A stretch of DNA of 58,785 nt, filler included, from Jimgerdemannia flammicorona (Eukaryota), in NCBI GenBank assembly GCA_003990765.1. It is 3 parts of 3 records of this genome, joined end to end, with 100 filler letters (N's around TTAATTAATTAA, not from the genome) between each part and the next. Parts side by side here need not be neighbours in the genome. Positions count along the whole stretch, not along the records: positions 1 to 19,534 come from RBNJ01001918.1; 2 more parts are not named here. One strand, written 5' to 3'. The notes beneath the pieces were generated by a model. The model did no database searches and was not told the DNA's origin. It saw only the letters and a program-made list of their open reading frames with translations. The translations under genes were made by a program, and so were the position numbers. Below, piece by piece: positions 1 through 11,420 of this stretch (position 1 is its first letter; every line of letters begins with the position of its first letter).

Positions 1-149
1 TTTTTACAATCCACACCACGCATTATCCTCTTCTTTTCTCCTATATATTTCTCTCTACATCGCGCGTTTCCGTTCTCATTTCTCCTAAACGTTATTGCCG
101 GCAATTTTCACATTTCCAAAATCATCTCTCCATTTTCAACTTTTCAACG

Positions 150-535
150 TCAACATTACAACGTAAACCCCGTCAAGACAGGTTTACATCCCTTCATAGC
201 ATACTCTTCAACGTCGGACGCCCAACCGTTGTTCCCCGGGACAAGGCGCCGTGCCAAAACAGAGACAAACGACACGATAAAGAACTCCCGTTTATCGTGC
301 GAAAACATCTCCAATGCATTCCACTTGTTCAACACGAATTGGCAGACTTTCATTCGACTATCGCGAGGCAGCCAAAAACGCATCGACGTCGTATATCTGC
401 CAGCTCTCGACACCCTTATGATCATTTTTAACGAAAACTACCCGCCGGACTAGAGCGCAAAAGTGTGGCTCGCAAACAAACTGAATATGACTGCAGATTT
501 GGTTTCAAAACCAGAGGCAAAACGCGCGGAAGTAG
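150..535 (+). pseudogene. Homeodomain transcription factor pseudogene (cassette gene A, best-preserved copy)
   Basis: Joining frames over 366-535 gives RQPKTHRRRIS / LDTLMIIFNENYPPD*SAKVWLANKLNMT / QIWFQNQRQNARK*. This is an N-arm, helices 1-2 and the WFQN helix 3 (tggtttcaaaac at 500-511), with two frameshifts and one in-frame stop. The 5' limit is approximate. Confidence 0.8.
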
Positions 536-1849
536 CAGATTATGCGCAAAGAAAGAACGGCGGTATCCTTTCTCACAGTTCGTTTGATTTTGATAGCAAC
601 AAGACTATTGTCATTACTGAAGCAAGGTTTGGTATGCACGTGTGCGAAAAGGTATATATCGCGATAACCACAAACGCCACCAAGTATGCTGACGACTTTG
701 AGGGCTCCGGGGCTCTAAACACGACCTAATCAGAATTAGCCGAGGATAGGGAACAACGGACGTCGCCGGTTGTGGCACATGTTGTGTAATAGCCAAAATA
801 CTGAAGTGGAGCGGAGAAGAGAGAAAGGAGAGTTGTTTATTGATCATATGTATGTCGCGCTGGCCGATGAGTGGCGTATAATTGATGACGTTTCCGGATT
901 GACGTAAACAGATGTCACGTGCTTACATGTCGAGTTAAAGAAATTGATTTCTCAACAGCGTACATAGAACCTATGGAACATGGTAATAAATCCGAAATAC
1001 CTGCGAGCACGACAACGACCACACGCTCCGACAATATATTAACTATTTTGTCATCACCGAAGCGTAACCTGTAGTGCTTAACAGCGATCCAGCAGCCGCA
1101 ACAGCTTCAGTACATATTCTAATTCCTGTAATCGGCAACATCGGCGTTCCAGACTCCCGTTTTAGTTCTCGACGATGATCTAAGCGCTTCAAAGGTTGTG
1201 ACAGTTACAATGTCAATGACGATGACTCAGACAAAGAGAACTGCCGAAGTATATACTGTTCACCGTCCGGCACACACTAACACAAGCGTCGGCGCACCAT
1301 TCACTCGTACACGACGTCTGCCTCGCCGCTCTCGATTTCCACTAATCACAGAAGCACCACATACCACCCTGCTCCCGGTCTCTCAACCAAACATCATCAT
1401 TTTTATTGTCTTCCAATTTAACAAACATTACGTAGTTCGGCGGTACCCCCAGATCTCTGGTATGTACCATGGCATCACAGATACTCCGGCGCTCGTCATA
1501 ACTGCCACGCCGGCCATGCTCCCGACGACGCTACAACACAAAATTCCGTCACCGCAAGCAGAGATTGATAAAGAATCATTAAAACAAGACTCCAGAAACC
1601 TTAAATTACACTTCCGTCAAAGAATTTGGGCTTGACCGTGTTGAAAAAAGCTGGGCAAGTCAGCACGGGGCGATGAAAGTGGCATATCGTTGAAGGACCT
1701 CAAGGTGCCGTGATATTTGCCGACTCCCGCGGCCCAGAAAGGCTCAGAAGAGAACACGACCAAGGACGATGATGCCTGCAACATAGGTTTTCAAGTTAAT
1801 TCCAATATCGAGGCCGACGCCGAAAACTCCTCAGCCTATTTCTTTATCA

Positions 1850-2300
1850 CTTTTGCCGCAAAGTCCCTGACGTCGCGGGCGCTGCACCTTATGTATCTGC
1901 CAGCTGTCCAAATTGCCTACTATCACATCAAGCTGATCGGATCAACGTTTTGCCTTTTCGTGTTGACCCACCGTTATACTTGTAGATTTTTGTACTGCAT
2001 TTTAACCATAACAAATACGTGTTTATGGTGGTGTCGTTTGCCTCGGTTGTTGACGCAGCTTTGAGAGCGCGCAGCGGCCTGGGGAACGACGTTTGGGCGT
2101 CTAACTTTGAGGAATATATGATGAAGGGATCTTTGTGTTCTAATGTTGCCATTGATGATGAAAACAGGGTGGGGTTTTTGATGTCTGAAAATTGTCAGCA
2201 ATACAGCATGGTGGGGAGAGAAATGCAAAGGAGAAAAGAGAAGGAGGACGTGTGGTGTAGAGAGCAAAAAACCAATTACAAAGCCTGGTTTGAAGCCATT
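1850..2300 (-). pseudogene. Inverted paralog of gene A (5' part; homeobox not recognisable)
   Basis: ORF 1928-2152 DPFIIYSSKLDAQTSFPRPLRA..TEANDT aligns with HPFIAYSSTSDAQPLFPGTRRRAKTETNDT of copy 1. The upstream pyrimidine-rich leader also matches positions 10-60. Confidence 0.65.
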
Positions 2301-2639
2301 GCTAATCTCCAAAATTGAATGACATTTAACCCATTGTTACGTAGCAGTTGGTCAAATGAAACACAATGCAAAGAAAAGTAAAAAAATGGAATATCACTCG
2401 ACAAGTTTATTATAACGGCCAGCAATTTATTAGGTAAACAGATCGATGACGTGACACTCTGATTGTGCTGGGATCATGTGACATTGCGGAAGCGATTTTC
2501 GTTCTCCGCCACCGACCAAGCCCCAAAGGATTTTGTCCCCAGAGCGTTAGTAAAACAACTTATCAACGTGTCTGCTTGCGCGCAAAGCGATGCACGGATA
2601 CTTAGAACCGCTGCTGCGCTAATTTAATCGAATTATTAC

Positions 2640-3290
2640 AGTTTCACCATTTTGCTGAATGCGCATTTTTCACATCGCATAGAAATTGACTTTGACAAAA
2701 CGCTGCATAGTGGGCACCGTAAAAATCTTAGTCCCGTTTATTGATGGAACCGATTGGCGCTAACAGAAGCGTCGGGTTTATTCCGTCTGTGCGAGATGGG
2801 ATTCCGACGTCCGTACCAGCAAACGCTAATACGATTGTGGAAGCCAAATTCTAAACACTCAATGTTGACACGAATCACTGAGTGTTCCGTTCTTCGGGGC
2901 ACGTAAATAGGTACGTCATGCCATGACGCAGCCCTGGGCTACTGCGTCAATCCGCAAAGCCTTATCTTCAGTCCCATTCCGTAGCGACATATATCGGTTC
3001 GGAAAGTGCGAGCTGAAACAAAGACTTCTTCGAGTGGGCGCAACGACATATAGCGGCTCCGAAGAGCCAAAGAATTATGGGGAGGCAGGAGTCATGGGCG
3101 AGCTCGGTACCTGGAGAAACGTACCGGCACTGTTCTCGAAGAATAATGATTTTCCAATTGTAGTTGCTCGTTCCGATAGTTGGGGTTGCGGATGTGTCGC
3201 TTTTCCAAGCCTTTTGCGCGACGATAATTTTTCGTTGTGTTTCTGAGTCTGTGCCGGGGACGAGTTCAATGAGCTTATCCATCAGTTAAT
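2640..3290 (-). pseudogene. Cassette gene B copy 1, degenerate (possible HMG-box)
   Basis: Nucleotide and peptide homology to 8520-9195 (MDKLIELVPGTDSETQRKIIVAQKAWKSD vs LIDELMEFFTDTASQTQGKSIIAQTAWKND), with stops and frameshifts. The paralogy is clear; the HMG identity is tentative. Confidence 0.5.
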
Positions 3291-4260
3291 TATATATATA
3301 TATGTATTAAAAACGTAACCAACGATCTGAGAACAAGTTAAATAAATCAGAGTTGAACTTTTCGAAAACGCAATTTGAGGAATAGCTGTTATTTTGACCC
3401 ATAAACACTGGCAATTAGGCACGGCACCCGAGACCCGTGGCGAATAAAAATAATTGAGCGAAGATCGGCCTTAATTCCTAACATAGAAAAGTAACCCTGA
3501 TCTGAGTTCGAAAGCTTCCGTTTCCAATGACCGCTACTTAAAGCGGATCGATATATTTGCCAGGACAATAATGTACCGATGTGCTTATGCGGAAGGCTGG
3601 AATAGGCCGCTCCAAGCTGTGGGATAAGTGAACCTTATTTCCGCACCGATTCGTTTCAACATCTCAGGAAATTGGCCCTGATATTTCGTTAGCACATTGG
3701 TAATAGCACTAGCATGCAATAACACAGCATCTTTCCGTCCTTCGATCGTCCTCTCGCGTGCAGTGCTAGTTAGAATGATTACCTATGTTGCCCCATTTGA
3801 GTTATTATCTTTTTATTTAAAAAAATAAAATAAAATAAGTCAGCATAAAATTACAATGTATTTTGCAAAATCCATGATGGATCCATACCTAAGGCAAATT
3901 TTTCGAATCTCGTTTTATCTGCAAAGCGACCGTTAGATTTATTCGGAGTGAGCTATTTGTTCATTCACGCCACCCACATATTTCGTTTGCTTTGTTTATC
4001 ATGTAGTGGAACTGATCTGTTGTGGCTCAATGCCCTAATATGTATGGAACCTTCCGCATTCCGACTTTTTGCGAAAGTCTATGTATATACGGACTAAATT
4101 TATGTAATTAATAACCAGTCGACTTCCGACTATAGACTTCGGCTCCGACAATATCCTTCCGCTTCTGAAAGAACGCTGACATGCCCAAAAATTCCCTCTG
4201 AGGTAATATTGACACGACTCCTCAAAATAAAATAATCATATAAGCCATCTCTGGTTATGC

Positions 4261-4350
4261 AAATATAACATTTCTGAATAACTTACGCCACTCGGAAGGC
4301 ACCACAAATCATTTGCAAACCCTAAAGTGTTATAAATACGTACATTACTG
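4261..4350 (+). promoter_or_regulatory. Conserved TATA-containing promoter block of gene C copy 1
   Basis: Near-identical to 10065-10152, including gtgtTATAAATAcgtacatt (TATA at 4331-4338) and cactcggaag. Confidence 0.6.
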
Positions 4351-4598
4351 TGCAACCAAAACCTTTAATAAGACCCGCACATATCCCCTATTACTTTCAA
4401 TTTTCTCATAAACACCAGAACTTTCATATCGTTCACCCAGCGCGCTTTTCGTTTTTTGTCAAAAAGACTAAATAATATCGTCAAACGAATTACCTTGGAA
4501 CGTCTCCAAACATTCCGTGGATAAAATAGTACGTATGAAACGAAACATCGACGCTTTAAATTTGTAAAAAAAAATATGGACAAAAGTCTTGAGAACAG

Positions 4599-5130
4599 TT
4601 GCTATCCTCTTATAAATTTCACGGCAACGAACACCGCTCTTTTAGGATGCCTCCTTGTTTCTCATGGTGTCTTTTCTGCCTGGAGGATGCAATTTGCGAA
4701 GGAGGTCACATAGATACCTCTCAATATCATTCCGCGTCGGAGCATTGTGAAGGGTCTAAAGACTATATCGACATCCCTCCAACAGGTGAATCTCAATTCG
4801 CCTCGGAAGCCTGCGCCGGCAACTTGAGAAATAGCTGCGCAATAAATCAAGCAAAGCCGGAGACAGGTCCAATTTTGCAGCAGCTCCCTGCTAGTCAATC
4901 TCCTAGCGTAAATGTCGCCCTACAACCCCCCACCCCAACCACAGCCACTTTCATTCCTAGATCCGTTCCATACAAGGAATGTCCAGACTGTTTGAGGAAG
5001 AAAAGGCGATGTCGCGTTCACGTTACCGGCAAGAAAACAAAACGGAATACTCCGTTGAATGCAAATTGGACAAGTTAGCACATCGAGAAATGCACTGCAC
5101 ACGTTGTAAACCCTTTTGTATGATTTTCAG
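4599..5130 (+). pseudogene. Zn2Cys6-type protein, frameshifted copy (cassette gene C copy 1)
   Basis: PYKECPDCLRKKRRCRVH matches copy 2. A ~13-nt deletion near 5052 removes the first Cys of the cluster, and the remnant VECKLDKLAHREMHCTRC continues out of frame. Confidence 0.7.
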
Positions 5131-6649
5131 TGTAGAGACGAAGTAAGGCAGTCCTAGATCTCAAACTTAGGGATTATCTCACCAACCTTTCCAGATCCGC
5201 TTTGTCGAAAATAATAATTACTTACTTGCTTGAATTTATAAGTTTTGATACAATAGTATGGCATGTGCAGATTATAAGGTAAAATTCTTCAACTTTATGC
5301 CTATGTAACATATATAAGTCAAATCCATAATTGATTAGTTTGTATACCATGAGATTAAAATTGTACATGGAAATTTTATGTATATCCTTCCTTAACTGAG
5401 TAAAATAAATTCCGAATGACACACAGGAATCTAGTTGAATATGACGCAATCCAATTCCACCCGTATGTAGCATTGGTTGTACGCATTCTCCAAACCACAC
5501 GAACGACTTCCGGATAAATTTTGTGACTTAGCCTTGTCCCCGAGAGATGCCAACCCTTCCTAAGACGTGTATCTCCCGTCCCTCAAATGCCATTGGTGCT
5601 TGACCCACTCCCCACTCATTCTGGTAATGGCAGGAGGCACGTACGTCGGACGAGCAAAGTTGGGTATTGAAGCGAGGAACTGAATTTGCAGGAAAGAAAG
5701 AGAGTGGAGACATGATATAGAGGAGAGGTAGGTACGGGAAGAGATGAGACGAGAATCGACGCTGAACGATAAGCGTAGATCGAAGTGAGCGTGCGCTTGG
5801 AGCCAAAGGCGGGACATGCATACATAAAGAAATAGCGCCGCTCCGGACATAGGAAACGGGCGTAAAATATGCGAATAGTTAGAATCCTTATGCGCTTATT
5901 GAGCGTTGACACCTGATCTGGCGCGCCCATAGAAAATTTCATTAATATCTGTTGTTTGGAAAAGTCTGATATATTTCATGTAATTTCGTTAAACGATTCG
6001 TCGCAACGAAAACTATCAAGCTTCAAAAATGACCCAGTATTCACAGGTTCTTCAGATAGAGCTTTCTTGTCCGCATGTACTCTTTTTTAATCTCGCCAAC
6101 CATCCGTTATTTTTATTTTACATTTATTTATTTAATTGAAGATTATATGACTAATACTATAAACCACCTAAAGGTCGACGTGTAAGCCTATGAAAGGGTT
6201 TTGAGGATACGCATAGAACCGCTCGGCTTGCATATTGCGATTTATAAGGACTTTCGGGCCTCCTGATAGGGATAGCGCGCTAGAGACACGTCATCACTCG
6301 ATTAGGCAATCATATTATAATTAGCATACGTGCAATTCTTTACATTCACAACTTCGAGTTCTCCCCTTATGGTTTCTGCTATTATTTTGTAATAATAATA
6401 ATAATTATAATATTACTCACAAAATCAAATCCAATTCCTCAGTCAACTCTGATTGGCGAACAGAACTTATGACGTGTTCGTTAGAGTGATTGTGACGGGT
6501 TCGGAAGCGACATTCGCTCCCCGCCACCAATGGAATTTTTGTCACCTCGCCGAACGTCACGTGTTCGAGCGTTCGCAAAACAACTTTATGTGTGCGATCA
6601 ACATGTCTGCATACGAAATGCACGGAAATTTAGTAACCCTGCTGCGGGA

Positions 6650-7350
6650 ATTAAATTGGATTATTACGGTAGGGGCGACAATTTTAGCATTTTCTTCGTT
6701 GGCATATCCATTGATAAAAGAAATGGATAGAACAAACGTTGTGATGTAGGAATCGCGAAAATCATCGTCCCGTTCATTGATGGGTTCGATTTATCCTAAC
6801 GGAAATGTCGGATTTATTCCACCTGAGCAAGAAGGAATTCCGACCTTTGAACCAATAAATTAAAATAAACGGTGGACGCCAATTTCAAAACACCAAACAA
6901 ACAGGTACGGGAGCTTTGACACTGGTGGGCGCGTAGCACCGTATCCGGTAGACTGAAACGGTCTGCTGCGGCATCGGGATACGTCAATCGGCACGTCATA
7001 TCATGATGACAACTGTCATATCATAAGTCATTCCGTTACGTGACGATATCTTTCGGTTCAAGAGGTGCGAGTTGGAACGGGGACTTTTTGAAACAATCGT
7101 AACGACATAGCGGGTGACGTGTGAATCAGGGGCGACGGCATTCTGCGAGCAACCAATGTGCATTGTTATCGCCGAATGATATTTGCCGTTAGAATTTGCC
7201 CGTTAAATTATTGGTGCTAGACGATGATACTGCGCCTTTTTACTCAAGAAGTTTGTGCTATCCAATGATGGTTTTTTTTTTTATTTTTTTATTGAGCTTC
7301 CGAGGCTATGTAAGGCACGAGTTCAATGAGCTCATTCATCAGCTGGTTCT
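6650..7350 (-). pseudogene. Cassette gene B copy 2, degenerate
   Basis: QLMNELIELVPYIASEAQ* and MTCRLTYPD are homologous to the other B copies. The flanks 6400-6650 and 7420-7500 also match those copies. Confidence 0.5.
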
Positions 7351-7919
7351 ATAAAACGTTCTTTTTAAATTTAGATAGCACAAAAGAGCTAGAAGGAAAC
7401 TAAATAATACAGAATCAAATATTTCGATGGTCTATTTTGAGGAATAGAAGTCGCTTCCGCAGGTAAGCTGACCCATAAACAAAGGCGTGTAAAAGGCAAT
7501 TAGGGAACCGAAAAATGTGAGAGTGCATGTAAAGAAACCAGCCACGATGTCAATTGTCTATGATGTGGTCGAAATTTACGGTATAGATGCACAAAGCATA
7601 AACCAATCAAAATGTGGCGAACTCGGACACTAATCATCACGCCTATTCGTGCCGTTATCTCTCTCACCCGTGTGTTTGTTTCCCTGACAGTTCTGTAGTA
7701 CAATTGTAATAGAGCTTGCAATATCATCGCTCTTTCTCTCAATCATTCCCATGTGCAGAACTATAGTGCAGGCTTGCCTCATTTTAGGTCTTACAAAATT
7801 TGTGATCGATTCAGACTCAGGATATTAAATACTCGTTTCGGCCGTTGGATTCATTCTGGTGTACCTCTTGACATTATTTTTTTTTTTTAAAAAAAATAAT
7901 AATAAACATTGATTCATGC

Positions 7920-8230
7920 TTCCCATCTAAATTTGCGTGACGGGTGTGGTTATTTTCAGTCAATTTACTAGCCATTCGGTTATGTTCCAGTCTGTGGTTT
8001 TCATGAAGGATGGCGAACACTTGTGTATTAATGAGACGATTCTTTTTTGACTGCCTCGCGATGGTCAGGTCAAACGTTTTGCTGGATTCGTTGAGCCAGC
8101 GGAATACTTTAGAGACGCTTGTGCCATTTTCGACAGCGAAAATCGCGTGTTTAGGGTTCTTTCGTTTGTCATGGTTATTGCCGCGCGCTTTGAGGCGTTT
8201 GGATATCCGATTTTGAATAAATTTAACCCC
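7920..8230 (-). pseudogene. Gene A (homeodomain) paralog, degenerate
   Basis: The minus strand has accatcgcgaggcagtcaaaaaagaatcg, matching actatcgcgaggcagccaaaaacgcatcg of copy 1. It continues through a helix-1/2-homologous stretch to ..TPVTQI* where QIW is expected. Confidence 0.6.
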
Positions 8231-8566
8231 TTGTCAAAGAGTATTTTATATGAGATTTAATCCACCATAACGATGGTAACATATAACACACAAAGAAATA
8301 TAAAAAAAAGGGAATAACACGCGTCGGCCACAGTATTCAAATTATGACGTGAAACCAACGGCACGTGATTTACTGGGTGCGGAAGCGACTTGAAACCCCG
8401 CCTCCAGGCACCCGTTTTCGTGCACTCGCTAACGACTTTATGTGTTTGACCAACGCTACCTCCCTACGAGCAAAGTGAGTATGGGTATTTAGTAGCGCTG
8501 CAACGTAAATAAAATCGGACTATTACGGTTTGGCCATTTTCCTAACACAAAATTTCCCATTGCTTC

Positions 8567-9193
8567 TCACGCATGCCCTATGATAAAAGAGTATTGGCAT
8601 TGAACACTTTCCATTGTTGGCACCCGAAAAATCTTTATCGTGCTGATTGGTGGGATTCGATCTACGCGGGCATGGAATTTGGGTACTGGGATCACGACCG
8701 TATCCCAATTGTAGTAATAACTGTGGGTGGCCCATTTCAAACACCCGAGTGATGGAGATGTTGACAAAAATCGACCGGTAACCCTGTATTCGTATTTGGC
8801 AACCTGGAACGGCCGATCCCGGCTATCGGGGTTTGTTAAACGGTACCTCATGATGGCAGCTTTGGGTGCCTGTGTCAATTCGCAGAACCTTGCTTTTCGT
8901 CCCGTTAAGTTTCGGTTCAGGAACTGCGAGCTAAAAGGAAGACTTCTCGAAATAGGTACGACGCCATATCTTCTCCAAATAGCAAGGAATCTAGGATCAC
9001 ACCATGTGATGGGAGAAGGCGGCGCCGGGCGGAACTGCGGAGAGGCCAACGGGTCATTTTTCTCGCGGAATGATGCTTTCCATTGGAGAACTACGTCATT
9101 TTTCCAAGCCGTCTGCGCAATGATGGATTTTCCTTGCGTTTGCGAGGCTGTGTCAGTGAAGAATTCCATGAGCTCATCAATCAGCTGGTTCAA
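8567..9193 (-). CDS. Cassette gene B copy 3, open 208-codon frame; possible divergent HMG-box protein
   Basis: Only B copy with a long open frame (ORF track starts at TTG; first ATG ~9169). RNLTGRKARFCELTQAPKAAIMRYRLTNPDSRDRP resembles the HMG-box C-half (WxNLxxEEKxxFxELAxxxKxxHxxxYPDYKYRP). The N-half match is poor, and it may be a pseudogene. Confidence 0.35.
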   Translation of the reverse strand: MNQLIDELMEFFTDTASQTQGKSIIAQTAWKNDVVLQWKASFREKNDPLASPQFRPAPPSPITWCDPRFLAIWRRYGVVPISRSLPFSSQFLNRNLTGRKARFCELTQAPKAAIMRYRLTNPDSRDRPFQVAKYEYRVTGRFLSTSPSLGCLKWATHSYYYNWDTVVIPVPKFHARVDRIPPISTIKIFRVPTMESVQCQYSFIIGHA

Positions 9194-10064
9194 TGAAGGA
9201 ATTCTTTTTTACAATTATCAAGCACAAAAGATCCCTGAAGGAAAAGCCTCTATAATTGAACGGCATAAAACCCTCAATTCCAATCAAATATAAGGCAGCT
9301 TTGCTATGCATTCGTGCTTCGAGATGTTTCATTTCCGGGACCGCTGCCTAACGCGGATAGACATTTTGGCAGTGCAGCGATCTAACGATTTACCTCTCGA
9401 AGGCCAGAGTAGGCCGTTCCAAACCGTCAGATAAGTGAAACCCTATGATTTGTATCAACACCTTCCATCCGGGTGCTTCGAAATTGGTCCTGACAGTTCG
9501 TTATGGCAATTGCAATAGCACTCGCTTGCATTATCTTCCCCACTTTGGATCATCTCCATGTGCAGAGCTAGTTAGAGTGATTGTACAGGGTTGCTTCATT
9601 TGAGCTCTTAACATTTCTTTCTAATAGCCAAAATCCAAGATGGATTCAGACCCCAGGAAATATCTTAGAAACTCATTTCGCCTGCGACGCGGGAGCTAAT
9701 TGTAATTTAGAATCACGCTGCACCACATAATACGCAGCTTTGGCAACCATCTAGTGGGCCGCTCCGTTGTGCCTCAGTGCCACTATTTCTATGGAATCTT
9801 CTGAAATCCAACTGTTTTGCGGTGTTCATGCGATTGTAAAAAATCATACTTATAATGACATCCTCCTATGACCTTGGCACAGAAACAGGTTCAAAAACTT
9901 GATAAAATTCCCCCAGTCGTCAGATTCCTGAGTTGTCTACGGGTCCGATACCGAAAATACTTTTAATTTCCATTAAAAGAATGCTACCTTATGCCAAAGT
10001 TCATACGTCTCTTCCACTTTTCTTGACGTTTTTCTTTTAAAACATAATGCGTCACTGGGTTTAT

Positions 10065-10152
10065 AAATATAATATTTCTGAATAACTAACGACACTCGGA
10101 AGAAGCCACTAATCGTTTCCAAGCCCCAAAAGTGTTATAAATACGTACATTC
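10065..10152 (+). promoter_or_regulatory. Conserved TATA-containing promoter block of gene C copy 2
   Basis: Paralogous to 4261-4350; TATAAATA at 10136-10143, ~270 nt upstream of the ATG. Confidence 0.6.
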
Positions 10153-10409
10153 TGTGCATCCAGAACCTTTATGTGTCCCCCGCATCCCCATACTACGCTC
10201 ACTTACATCTCATACACCGAGGATTAATCTCGTTCACAAAACGGCTTTAATTTGTTTTTGTCAAATAGACAAACTAATGTTGTCAAACGCTCCATCTCAA
10301 AAAGCCTCTAAACATTCCGCGGACAAAATCGTACGTACAGAATGGAACCTCGCCTTCTTCAATTTTTGTAAAGCAAAACATACAGCAATTCACACGTCAC
10401 ACTTTCACA

Positions 10410-10922
10410 ATGCCTCGGGAACAGTTATCCTCTAGCAATGCCCCCGACAACGAATTCAGCTCTGATAACATACATCCCTGCGACGACTTCTGTCTCACTT
10501 GCCTAGATCCGCATTCCCCAGGAGGTGACATGGATACCGTTGACGACCATCACACGTCGGCGCCTTGTAATATCCCGCCAACTGCCGCGTTGGAGACCTT
10601 CACCGGCAAATTGTCAAATGGCGACGCAAAGAATCAAGATACGGCAGGGCCAGGGCCAAATTCCCAGCAGTTCGAAGCTAACCTACCATCTTGCCCATCG
10701 CCGAGTTCAACCGCGGCCACTTCTCTCCCTAAGCCCATTCCGTACAAGGATTGTCCAGACTGTTCGAGGAAGAAGAATCGATGCCGCATTCACGCTACCG
10801 TCAAGACGGGAAAACGGAACCCTCCCGGGAGGGTGTGCGTTGAGTGTAAATCGCTTAAGAAAGGATGTCGAGGAATGCCCTGCATACGTTGTGTATACTT
10901 CGATATCAAATGTCACTTATAG
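10410..10922 (+). CDS. Small Zn(II)2Cys6 binuclear-cluster protein, 170 aa (cassette gene C copy 2, intact)
   Basis: ATG-to-stop ORF. The C-terminal CVECKSLKKGCRGMPCIRCVYFDIKC is C-x2-C-x6-C-x4-C-x2-C-x6-C, preceded by CPDCSRKKNRCRIH. Confidence 0.75.
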   Translation: MPREQLSSSNAPDNEFSSDNIHPCDDFCLTCLDPHSPGGDMDTVDDHHTSAPCNIPPTAALETFTGKLSNGDAKNQDTAGPGPNSQQFEANLPSCPSPSSTAATSLPKPIPYKDCPDCSRKKNRCRIHATVKTGKRNPPGRVCVECKSLKKGCRGMPCIRCVYFDIKCHL

Positions 10923-11018
10923 ACCTTACCGCAAATCTTTTAGGGCCAGAAAACTACGATTATTTTTTATGCTTGAATTATATGGTTTAACACAGCAGGA
11001 TGAAATGTATAGATTATG

Positions 11019-11052
<34 letters not shown>

Positions 11053-11299
11053 AATTATATGCAGATGTATTATATATATATTTAATATTTAAGTCAAATC
11101 TATAGTTCATTAGTTTGTATACTATAGACTAAAATACCGAAATTTATATGGCGAAGCTTTATGCCTATGCTTCTTTGACTGAGGGAAGTGGCACCCAAAA
11201 TGCAGTTGAACGTGACTCAATTTCATTCAATCTGTATGGACACTGGTTGTCCGCCAGGGTCTCAAGGTTTTGTCGTGTCATGTGCTTTGCTCCAAATCG

Positions 11300-11420
11300 G
11301 GGTATGCGTTTTAATTTTGCCATTGAAAAGTGACTTGATGTTGAGAGTGGTGGAAGTAATGTTTACGAGAAAAGAGGAGGAGGACGCGTGACATGGAGAG
11401 TAAAGACCCAAATCGCGTAT
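11300..11420 (-). repeat. Remnant of the gene A 5' leader (start of a fourth cassette unit)
   Basis: gagaaaagaggaggaggacgcgtgacatggagag resembles ggagaaaagagaaggaggacgtgtggtgtagagag at 2230-2262. Confidence 0.4.

Noticed and set aside
1198..1635. 145-aa plus-strand ORF
   Set aside because: Thr/Pro-rich with no motif and no paralog in the other cassette units; cannot be supported as a gene.
1..11420. Canonical Mucorales sex locus
   Set aside because: No flanking triose-phosphate transporter or RNA helicase gene in the window, and the HMG identity is only tentative.
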